64,000 bases of DNA from positions 12,276,001-12,340,000 of the forward strand of contig OZ193909.1 of assembly GCA_964276515.1 (NCBI GenBank), written 5' to 3'. The notes under the pieces are model-generated. The model made no database searches, was not told the DNA's origin, and worked only from the letters and a program-made list of their open reading frames with translations. This DNA comes from Gordius albopunctatus (Eukaryota). Shown one piece after another: positions 53,501 to 64,000 of the stretch (its first letter is position 1; each line of letters starts with the position of its first letter). Position numbers and translations under genes: made by a program.

Positions 53501-54349
53501 GATCATTTAAACATTAGTTACAAAAAGGAAAACCGTAAGTAAGGCACTTCATGGGCATAGCCAGAATTGGGAGTAGAGGGGGGGGGCAATAATGATTTTG
53601 GGAAGGGCAAAATTATAATTTTATGAAATTTTAGCCATAATTTTAACCCGTGAGAGTATTGGTGGGATACCTCACCCCACGCAAATTATAAATTTAAGTA
53701 TTAAACGCAATTTAAGTCTAATGAATCTGGCCTTTTTACTAGCTTCATATTTTATAAAGTATTGGTTAGGTGCAAATTTCATAGGTTTTGGCACAATATT
53801 TTTTAATATATTGGAATTTCTTATAGACCGTTGATTCCTGTTTAATACCTCCTGTAATCGGGGCATTATAGACATTTCGGGGTTAGGAGATGAAAAGAGA
53901 GAAGTATGGGTGTCCATTATTACTCGGGAAATAATGTTATTACAAAAAAATTGCAAATTAACAAGAATTTAGAGGTACTACATCATCACCTACTACAAAC
54001 TTAGTTACATATGGTGGTTTTTAGGGACAGTATATAAAATTAAAGAGTGATGAAAGGACCTCCCTCATAGTTATTGCGTCACCTCCACTAACATTTGTTA
54101 ATTTCATAATTTTAGTCATCAATCTTTGAACAAATTGTATTTAGATGAAATATTTAGAAATTCAAAATTTTTAAATAATATATATTAAACAAGAATAAAC
54201 AGGTATTTCAAATTTATCTTAAATGTAATCGCCTAAAATAGAAAATTTTGATATCCTTTTAATTTAAATTACTATAAATGTTTCCCCAATGTTCCTACAA
54301 AAACTTAAGGAACTTGATGGGTCGAACATCCCTTTGGATGTTTCCACAC

Positions 54350-54644
54350 TAGAGGTGTGCACGGATCAATCCGATCCGATCCGAAAATCTTTCAAAAAAC
54401 CCTCGGATCCGTGAACACCTCTAACGCGAATCAAACCAGAAAATTTAGATTCTTTATTATTTTCAAATAAAATTTTATATTTATTTCAGGTCTATTAAAA
54501 TTGCATTACCGTATTTTTATGTATTTTGAATTTAATCATCAATAAAAAGTTATGTTCGTAATATTTTAATTAAAAAATTTCGGATCGGATGGGATTTAGA
54601 TTTTAAAAAACTCTGATCGGATCGGATCAAAATGCACACCTCTA
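54350..54644. mobile_element. hAT-type MITE (TAGAGGTGTGCA family) inserted in an hAT transposase
   Basis: TIRs TAGAGGTGTGCA / TGCACACCTCTA, TSD TTCCACAC/TTCCACCC and ATCCG/CGGAT repeats. Confidence 0.9.
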
Positions 54645-55475
54645 TTCCACCCGTTGGAATAGCACCTACAATATGCTATCCATTATAAATAAAGTAATAT
54701 AAAATATTTTTAAAACAAATTAGAATATTATGACAATAAATTCTACTGATCCCTCCGAGGGAATTACAATATCCAATGAAGAAATGGATATTATGAACCA
54801 AATAGAAAATTTTTTATCTCCCTTTTATAGCGTAACCAATTTAATTAGTTATGACTCAAAGGCCACCGTGGGTATGGCCTTAATTTATTTAAAAGACCTT
54901 AGCGCGAAAATGGAAGAAACGCTAAGGTTTAATGAAGCGCTGTTTCATGATGCTTGTGAAGCCATGAGGGGGAAATTTGTGAAATACATACCAGAATATG
55001 AGCGCTTTAATTTTTATGTAGCAGGAAAGAAGTTACCTTCAACGATATATACTACAGGTACCTCTATTTTAATCACTTAATAATTTTTAATATTTTATTA
55101 GAAAATTATGAAAACCTGGTGAATTTACATAATATTGATTATGCTGGCGAAATGAGTGAATATGAAAAAGATATTCCTCTACTAGCAGCGAATACAGTAT
55201 TAGTATTAGAATGGTGGAGGATAAATGAATCACGGTTCCCGGCATTGGGAAAAATGGCCAGAGATTTTTTGGCACAGTCCACCACCTCCGTTCCAAGTGA
55301 AAGGATGTTTTCCATGGCCGGAAATATTTTAACTGCGAGGCGTAATAGGTTATCACCTACTACAATTCGCGATATGATGTGCCTGAAATCATGGCGAAAT
55401 ATAAATTTTACAGCCTAAATATGTTATAATTTCATCTATTATATGTTTATCATTGATTTCATAAACTTAAAATTT

Positions 55476-56200
55476 GTAAATATTATATCCATGACGATTT
55501 TTAGTATTATTTTAGCCATCTATAAGTTAAAATTAAAGAATTTTAAATCGGATCATAAATAGATTAATATATTTGACTTAATAAAATTAGTAAATATTAT
55601 ATCCATGACGATTTTTAGTATTGTTTTAGCCATCTATAAGTTAAAATTAAAGAATTTTAAATCGCATCATAAATAGATTAATATATTTGTCACCTGTTGG
55701 ACCGCTAAACTTTTAAAATCTTAATTTAAAAGGTTAAAAAATTTTTTAAGCTCTTAGTGAGTCAGAATTTGAAAAAAAAATTTAAATCGCATCATAAATA
55801 TGTATTATGACATTTGTCACCTGGGCGACCGCTAAAACTTTAAAAATCTTAATTTCAAAGGTGAAAAACATTTTTTAAGCTCTTAGTGAGTCAGAATTTC
55901 AAAAAAAATTTAAATCACATCATAAATATGTATTATGACATTTGTCACCTGGGCGACCGCTAAAATTTTAAAAATCTTAATTTCAAAGGTGAAAAACATT
56001 TTTTAAGCTCTTAGTGAGTCAGAATTTGGAAAAAAAATTTAAATCGCATCATAAATATGGATTATGACATTTATCACCTGGGCAACCGCTAAACTTTAAA
56101 AAATCTTAATTTCAAAGGTGAAAAACATTTTTTTAAGTCTTAGTGAGTCATAATTTGAAAAAAAATTTAAATCGCATCATAAATATAGATTAGGACATTT
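55476..56200. repeat. Tandem repeats: two copies of ~114 bp, then ~4.3 copies of ~128 bp
   Basis: TTTAAATC(G/A)CATCATAAATA recurs at 55656, 55781, 55909, 56038 and 56166. GTAAATATTATATCCATGACG occurs at 55476 and 55590. Confidence 0.9.
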
Positions 56201-58169
56201 ACCCCATCTATATATTTATTTAACCACCTGTACAAAATATTTATACCTAAAAACTCAAAATGTATATAATTACATGTAGGGTAAAAAAATCGTGCAATCC
56301 ATCATTTTATGCTCAACATGCTTAATTTCTTATAAAACTATAATATAATAACTTTATAATATACCATGAGCAAATTTTGTTAGTAACTAAAAAAGTTTAA
56401 CAAAAGCAATTCAATCTACTATCCGCTCGAATTTCCTGCTCGAGCTCCTGCTAAATTTTTAACAGATTTGGCTGCTTCGACTAACTTCTCGAGCATTTTT
56501 TATGTGCTACTGTTAAAACTAACGCACCGAACAGTTAGCACTCATTCTGCTAAACTAGCATATTACCCAGCTACTGTTCGTGCTCGCGTTTTTAGTTGAA
56601 GCTGCTTAGCAATTTAACAACTATAGGTACTAGGGTGTGCTGAGGGGGTATTGTAGTCTTAAGGAAAAGAGCCACACCCACACCGTTAGTCTCTTTTCTG
56701 GTTAAGACATTCAATGTGGGTGTGTTGAATACCGACCATTAGCTAGTCTATTATTTTTTCATAGAGACCCGATGGACCATTAGATATATGCTAAGGGGGT
56801 GTTATTGGCTAGTTGTTATTGTCATCATCAACACGATGTGTGCTGTTGTGCCTGCAGTGAAGTCAAACTTGTTAATCTCTAAGCTATCTTCCTATCTATA
56901 AAGTGTACTAATATTAAATTAAAGACTTTGCTAAGCTAATACGAAACGATTACCGGACAGGACATTAAACTTTTATTATAACAATTAGGCCAGGGGCGTA
57001 CGCAGGGTTGTATAATTTTTTTTTTTTTGGGGGGGGGGGTAAGGGGAAAGGAGGGTTACAATATCAAATAAATTGTATCTAAGCTTGGTGTTTTTGTTAT
57101 GCCCCTCCAAAAATCTAATGTTCTTAAGCCCTTGTAATTATTACACAAATTATATATTATTTTTTTCTTTCGACTAATTTTTATCTGCAACAAGTAAAAG
57201 CACAACAAACATTCGATTTCAAAAAAAAATATTTTTATCCAAAAAACAGTTAAAGAAAATTTAACCATGAAAATTTTTTTAACCCTCTCCTTCAAAAAAT
57301 TATTCTTATGTTTCTAAGTTTTAATAAGTGTCTTAAAGTCTTTGATGTAACTAAACTATAATTTTTTAACCCATTTAATTTAGTTATTAATCAAGAAACT
57401 TCTCAGGAATTTCCCGTCCCCCCTCCCCCTCATTAAAAAGTAAATAGTGCAAAGAACTATTTACCCCCTCATGCCTCCTTATTTGTTTCAGTGAATAATG
57501 TAATGGCACATGTGGCGGTTCTATTTTCTACAATTTAGGACCATGGGGGAGGGGATTAGTATAAAAGAAGGGACCTTACACTAGGCAAGTGCGTATTACG
57601 ATGGACCTTTATAAGGGTGTGGCTTCTTAGTCTTTTTCTTCCTATTAAGGCGTGGGTGTAAAATGGCGCGCCGCATAACATCACTATTTATAGGCTATCC
57701 AATTATATATATAACTTATGAAAAATCAAAAGAATAAAAGGGATAAATAACTCGAAACGATGAGACATAGGATCGGAATGCGCGATGTGATATAAAACAA
57801 TAGAGGAGGGAAAGTAGGGATAGAGTTGAGTCATTCATTGATGAGTGATGATTGGCTTTTATAGGAACTCCTCATTACTTATGGGTCATTCGCGAAATTT
57901 TTACCTGTTCCATGGAACAACGCTATTTTTAGTTAGAATAATCGAGAGTCATTGTTTTGGTACAAGTTAATTTCGAGGTCGCCTAAACACACCCTTACCA
58001 ATTGTAACAGCCCCACGCCGACGTCCATGGGTATGAAAACAGGAAAATAAAGATAGTTTCTGACGTGAGAGTCGAGACCTGCCTAGGTAAATGCCGAAAT
58101 TCTTGCCACTGTTAGTAGCAGATTTGAAGGAACCGATCTTGCTTGGTACTAACTGGATAAAGGAACTTG

Positions 58170-59000
58170 GAAAGGATATCCAGGAACAAGTTTAATGGAC
58201 TTCTGGAACAGCCATGGCGCGCAATGTCGTAAACTTTGTAAACGTTTAAGGGGTCAGGGAATCAGATATTACCAAGGGCGACGTTGATAGTATGATCGGA
58301 CAGAAGACGTTACAGAGAAATGCGAGACCACAAGCGGTAGGGGACATAAAAGTCGACGTACCAATGGAAAAAGAAGTCAAGCCGATACTTATCCCTAGAG
58401 TAGAAAAAATGGTGCCTTTGATCAAGTATGGACAAAGTTTAAAGCCTTGGATCCAGGTGCGTAGATATATTGATTGGGCCAGTGCGGGGCAGATCGTATT
58501 TAATTCTGGTGGAAAGCGGGATAAAATTGGTCGAGGTATTCAAACTAGAAGATACGTCATCCTTAACCCTGATGACAGTGCTTGACGAGGGTTCGCCAGG
58601 TTCGGGAATCCGCTCCACCTCGTATCAAAATAGGGCCCTCAATTTAAAAGTCAGGAGATTCAGAGATTTTGTAATCGTAGGGGAATAAAACAAATATGGT
58701 TACAACTAGAGTTGTTAAATTGCTAACTTGCTTCAAACTCCAGACGCGGGCACGCATACTGGGTTGCTTAATATGCGCGTTAGCACAATGTGTGCTCGCT
58801 GTTTGGTGCACTAAGCAGAGCAGTAGCATATAAAAATGCTCGAGGGCCGAGCAGAACCTCGAGCAGATGGTAGCTGGAATTGAAGAAAGTTAGCAATTTA
58901 ACAACTCTAGTCACAACCTTATCAGCCGCTGCTAATGGATTAGGGGAGAGGTACGTTTGGCTGGCAAGGAGAGCTGTATTACGCAACGAATATGAAACCG
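58170..59000 (+). mobile_element. Degraded Ty3/Gypsy LTR-retrotransposon integrase fragment
   Basis: Frameshifted motifs in the expected order: YPGTSLM (HPG-like), KPW...IDWA, GPVRGRSYLILVE, FARFGNP, FRDF, and AANGLGERYV (P..NG..ER). Confidence 0.75.
58707..58909. mobile_element. hAT-type MITE (TAGAGTTGTTAAATTGCTAAC family) inserted in the Gypsy integrase
   Basis: Perfect ~23-bp TIRs TAGAGTTGTTAAATTGCTAACTT / AAGTTAGCAATTTAACAACTCTA; TSD GTTACAAC/GTCACAAC. Confidence 0.9.
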
Positions 59001-59194
59001 TTATAATTCCTAAAAATATACCAGATAGCAGTCCATCCAGCAAGAAGAGTACGTCGGGAAGAATGGATGTTAAAGGGGAATTTAAACCGAATGAGAGGTA
59101 TTAAGAGAAACCATAGCATCACAATGGAAGGAAACAGAAAAGCGCGAATGTGGGCGTGCATGTTTTTGTGGCGAATAAATGGGAGGCTTCTATT

Positions 59195-61061
59195 TAGTGT
59201 TTCGATCTCGTCTCGGTCTCGAAGACAAAATCTCGTCTTGTCTCGGGAGCGATTATGAAAGTCTCGTCTCGGTCTAGAAAAATCTCGATCTCGTCTCGAC
59301 TTTTAAAAAAAATATATACTGAATAAAAATTTCTCCTGTTTTATTAAAAATATTAAAAAAGTGTTAAAAAATCCAAATGGCAAATTTTTATATTTTTTAA
59401 GAAACTTTAATACACAAACTTTTCAAAGATTTAGTCATTGACAATATAAAGATATAAATTAATTCATAAATATAAGATTTTCTATGGAAAGTGCAGACTA
59501 GAAGACTATAAATAAATTTTAAGTATAGAAAATTAAATGTGAATGTTCTAACAAATTATAACCTAAGATTTATATTATTGTGCAATATAAAATAAATACA
59601 CGAACTTATATTTTATTAGATAAATAACTACTTAAAAGTTAGTTAGAATCGGATGGTAAATATTTGGAATACAAATTTGGTTATAATGATTTTTGTCATA
59701 AAATAAAATACGTGGATATAAAGTTTAAAACCTAATGTTCTTAACCCTTTAATAATGCTGCTTTTATAGTTGTTTTTACAACGTTCTAATATGTGGAACT
59801 AGTTATCGATCCAGTAAATAATAATATTATCATTAAAAGTCACTAGAACTTTGTGGTTTTAAACGCTATAGTAAACATGCAATAAGAGCCCTGCACGGGT
59901 CGCCCGAAGCCCGACCCGATGGGGTTTCGGGCGGAGCTCGGGAAGAATTTAATAAAATACTCGGGTTTCGGGTTCGCGTGGGGTCTGATGAGGCGGCTCG
60001 ATCCGAGGCCTGAATCGAACTAAAGCAAATTAATCTTTTAGAAAATATGATTTAAATAAACACAGCTCGATATTAAAAAATCCAGGCACAACGCACATAT
60101 CCCTTGTCTGTTCAACTGATCTGAATTGCAAATCTTATTCTTATATTTATATAGATTCATAGTAGTTGTTAGAACTTTAGAAATAAGATAGGTAAACATT
60201 TCAAAAAGTTTTTGATAACTGTTAAATATATATTTAATAAAATTATTTTTAGTTTTTAATGATTAGCTGAATAAATTTTAAGAAACATATTCAAATTGTA
60301 AATTAAGAGTAATAACAATCTAATGCATTTTATATTTGGATGGTGAAATATTTTTAAAAATATAATTTTCAAAAATTTTATTTAAAATATTTGGTCGGGT
60401 TTGGATCGGGCCAAAAATGAAAATGTCTTTCGGGCTCTAGCTGGGAAAAATAAAAATTGAGAAATCGGACTAGTGCCAAAGAAAACTCTGTGGGCTATGG
60501 AATAAAATGTTTGCTTAGATATGAAAAGGTCTACTTTGAGGCTTCGTCATGGTTAATAAAGGGTCTTAATTTGCCCAATTATATAACTAAGTCAAATATA
60601 GGTGAATTTATAAATTTATATGTCTATTTATATTCGACAGACACAGTGGATTTGATTCAAATGTTATAATTTGCTAGAACTATACAATTTAATTATCTAT
60701 TCTTCAAATTTATATATATTTTTTAATTTGCACTTTGCATAGAAAGTGTTAAATTTATGAATTAGTTCATATCTATATATTGTCATTAAGGTATCGCGCT
60801 AAATCTTTATAAAGTTTGTTTACAAAGGTTTTACAAAAAAATAAAGGGTAATTTAAATTTTTTAACCGTGACTTAATATTTTTAATAAAACATGAGTAAT
60901 TTTTATTTTGAATAAATTTTTTTTTAAAAGTCGAGACAACTCGAGAATTCTCGTTGAGACTAGACGAGAGAGATTTTTCAAGAGCGAGACGAGATTTTCA
61001 TATTTGTTTCCTAGACGAGACAAGATTTTGCTTTCAAGACCAAGACGAGATCAAAACACTA
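59195..61061. mobile_element. Non-autonomous hAT-type element (TAGTGTTT..GATCTCGTC family) with a nested MITE
   Basis: Left TAGTGTTTCGATCTCGTCTCGGTCTCGAAG and right CTTTCAAGACCAAGACGAGATCAAAACACTA. No clean TSD was seen. Confidence 0.75.
59884..60439. mobile_element. TAGAGCCC-family hAT-type MITE, degenerate
   Basis: Ends AAGAGCCCTGCACGGG and TTCGGGCTCTA; related to 4330-4626 and 40207-40759. Confidence 0.7.
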
Positions 61062-61251
61062 TGGAGGGCTAAAAGGTTGCGAGATTAAGTGTGGAATAAT
61101 TTCGATTTAGTTGTTTCATTTCCATTTTTCTTGCGGAGTTATGATTAAAATGTCAGTTGTTTTCCCGTTTAATTCGCGTGTTCGTCCCTATCCGAACATG
61201 TATAAATATCGCGTCCGATTCTTCCTAAAATTAAATAAACCATACCTATTC

Positions 61252-61496
61252 CATCGACTAATAAAACCATAGGCTGCCGAACAGCTGATTTTTACTATTG
61301 AAAACCATAATAGCTGCCATCTTGAAGGAAAACTCAACAACAAATATATTTATACTTCTCTACGATATTATATTGAAGAAAATAAATAAGATTTATTAGC
61401 TCTATTGCTTGGTGACAATTTCCCTCAAAATGGCGCTTTCTATACTTGCTAAAAAAATTTCAGCTGTTCGTCAGTCTATGGTTTTATTAGTCTAAG
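61252..61496. mobile_element. CATAGAC-type MITE, uninterrupted copy
   Basis: TIRs of ~37 bp: CATCGACTAATAAAACCATAGGCTGCCGAACAGCTGA / TCAGCTGTTCGTCAGTCTATGGTTTTATTAGTCTAAG. Flanks ACCTATTC/ACGAATTC may be a decayed 8-bp TSD. Confidence 0.8.
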
Positions 61497-62237
61497 ACGA
61501 ATTCGTACCTAACGATAATATAATAAAACTTTAAAATTTAGCAAAAATAAAAGTTTGGTTCATAAGGGGGGATATCCAACGCCAGACACTTATTCAATAG
61601 CTTAATCTTTTAAAACACATTTCTTTCCATATTTTAAACTACATGAACATTAGGTTGAAATTGAAAAAGGCTGTGATTGACATTTGATTGGTTAGTTTGC
61701 TATTCAAAAATTTGTGAAAATTTATTTTATGCCCTAAAATTTATTTGTTGTCAAATTGTGATTAGTCAAATAAAATCCTTATAAGGAATTTAGACGTAAT
61801 AATAGAAATAACCAACTTCTAAAAAATGTAGCAAATGATATATCAACTTTGAAAGTATGTAAACATTTCAAACTTATTTTAATTTACCAAATAAAAATGA
61901 ACATACAATTTAATCAATACAAAATAAATAAAGTAGCAACAAAATATCCTTAGCATTTATAAACCTTAAAACATATAAGGAAAAGCTAGATAACTGATTT
62001 CTATTCATGGTAAAGGAGACCACATATTAATAAAAAGTAAAACATGGGTAATTAAATAAGCTACATTAATAAATTAAACTTTATGATAACTGAGATGAGC
62101 TTTACTTTGTTTACTATTTCAATATATATTATATCAAAATGTAGTGAAGTTTGACAAACTAAATTTTAAGCAAAAAAAGTTATTCAAATATTTTTATAAG
62201 AGATGAGTTAATATAAGAGTAAATTGTCAGATTTAGA

Positions 62238-62737
62238 TCATTTATCAGACTTTATTCTTAAAATTAATGAACAATCATCACAATAAATAATATAATCATC
62301 TTGAATAGTTGTAATTTGATCAATTTTCAATTCATATGAACTGCCACATCTGCAAGGATAAGTGTAAACGTTTTCAATAGGATCCCCCATATCAGAAAGC
62401 ATTATCTGGAGATATTATTAAAATTTTATATATTAGATCTTATAAACCTTGTTTAAAATATATAACTAATACCTCATCATATACTATATCTTGATTATTG
62501 TGCTGCAGATCATACATAAACCTAGATTTTTCATCCCGCAATATTTGCCACGCTTTAACAATTAAGAAATACTTTTGATAATCGTTGTCTAAATTTGTAT
62601 TGTAAATTATATATACAAGTCATACCACCACATTTGTCAGGGTGATAAAGCTTAATTAAATCATGATATGCTTTTTTGATATCAATAAGAGTTGCATTTT
62701 TATCAATTTTTAAGGTCTCGTATGGATTAACATGCAT
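62238..62737 (-). CDS. DNAJC24: DnaJ homolog subfamily C member 24 / diphthamide biosynthesis protein 4, 3 exons
   Basis: Exons (-): 62737-62626, 62588-62473, 62405-62238. The J-domain (NPYETL..IKKAY..YHPDK..KAWQILRD..R..YD) is followed by a CSL zinc finger (YPCRCG...CDDCSL). Confidence 0.93.
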
Positions 62738-63599
62738 TATCTAAATATATAGACAGGGTCCTCATAAACTAATCGAGGCATAGCAAACAAATATGTAATA
62801 AAAAGACAAGATAATGGTCGATGCTATACGATCCAATTTTCGGACTATGTAAGCTTTTTTACTCGGTATAAAAAACGAAGCATCTGATTTTTTTTAATTC
62901 GAAAATTTTTAGGTAATTGTAATGGTAACAACAGACCATTATAATTATATTATTTTATTGCCTAGAAATAGGATTAAAAAAATAAAAAAATACAGTTTTA
63001 AGAATCACACCATGACAATTGTGCAGCTAGGGAGGGGGCGAAGGCTCCTCCCATTAAGAGCAAAATCCTGGCCCCTCCGCCCCCAAAGAAAAAATCCTTA
63101 CTTTTTTGGCCTCCCAAGCAATTTTGATATATAAAAATTTAATTAATAATAATTATTTTTATTAGTTTCAGAATTAAGAATGTAATTTAATTGTCATTTT
63201 TGGCATTTTGAAATAACTAATATGATGATTATTTCTAAATTAATTAAAAAATGTCATAATTAAAAATTCTTTAACTTTCCCTTGTATCCTATCGCATATC
63301 TTTTTTATTTAAATATTGTTTTACAAAACGGTAGAATGTACGAAGGCCCTTCCGTGCCCTTCAAAATTAATTTTTTAAATAGAAAAACGGTGATAATTTG
63401 TCCTTACCTTTTGTCTATAAAACTGCTTATTTGTGTAGATAGACAGGAGTTAATGACACTTCAAAAAACAGCATTGCTAAATATTTTTTAAATCTTGAGG
63501 AAAATTTAGAATTTATTATTGAGGGGAGTGAAGCTCAATACATATATTTGATCAACATTTTTTTTTAAATGAAAAAACTATTAACTCAACTTTTTAGTA

Positions 63600-64000
63600 T
63601 AAAATTACTTTATAAAACGATTTAGGTTTCATAATTTGTTTACCATAAACATGGGTTTCACAGCCTTCCAATAATAATAATTTTATAATCTTATTCTTTA
63701 ATAGCTTTGCGACATAAAATTGCGAAAGGATACATGTCTTCTTAAAAATCGTATATAAAATGTTTTTTGTTTTGGTAGTTTCACATTTACAAACCTTTAT
63801 TAATTTATGATACATGACGGTAATTTATAAATAGTATTTAAAAATGGCATTAATTCCTCAGGGGAAGATAATTATTTAATCTTTTTCATCAAATACGGCA
63901 AACCTTTTCATTACCATTTTAATGAGCTTGCATAATTTACCGGATGAATCGCTGCATTCTTTTAACTTATTAAAAAGTAGCAGATCTTTCAATCTTACCC
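63600..64000 (-). mobile_element. Possible highly degraded LINE reverse transcriptase fragment
   Basis: ORF 63594..63815 has LLLEGCETH, resembling LLYGCETW. There is little other support. Confidence 0.35.

Larger units (their letters stand above)
54290..56623 (+). mobile_element. hAT transposon remnant: transposase 3' part, subterminal tandem array and right TIR
   Basis: PLDVST^RWNSTYNML (split by a MITE), FLSPFYSVTNLIS and LEWWRINESRFPALGKMARDFLAQSTTSVPSERMFSMAG. There is an in-frame 44-nt intron at 55058-55101. The terminus AGCAATTTAACAACTATA at ~56606-56623 is assigned to this element by position only. Confidence 0.85.

Noticed and set aside
55656..56200. CRISPR-like array
   Set aside because: The units are contiguous ~128-bp repeats without unique spacers, there are no cas genes, and the context is eukaryotic.

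Overview
AT-rich eukaryotic DNA, most likely from an invertebrate animal (inferred from gene content and intron positions), with spliceosomal introns as short as 33-43 nt. Exon chains were reconstructed by hand for CDC45 (+, 13 exons), a TMEM184B-like gene (-, 7 exons), MBTPS2/site-2 protease (+, 5 exons) and DNAJC24/DPH4 (-, 3 exons). The window also has an intronless FASTK/RAP-domain ORF and a large low-complexity minus-strand gene of unknown function. The rest is rich in decayed and nested transposons: hAT remnants and hAT-type MITEs with 8-bp TSDs, an IS630/Tc1-type composite, a Helitron, a Gypsy integrase relic and RTE-like LINE fragments. The most notable architecture is that the first coding exon of MBTPS2 (22475-22543) lies upstream of the FASTK ORF, so the FASTK gene sits on the same strand inside MBTPS2 intron 1. 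Splicing that exon to the FASTK acceptor gives a 30-codon uORF that stops 2 nt before the FASTK ATG. All calls come from reading the sequence and recalled family motifs; no database searches were run.
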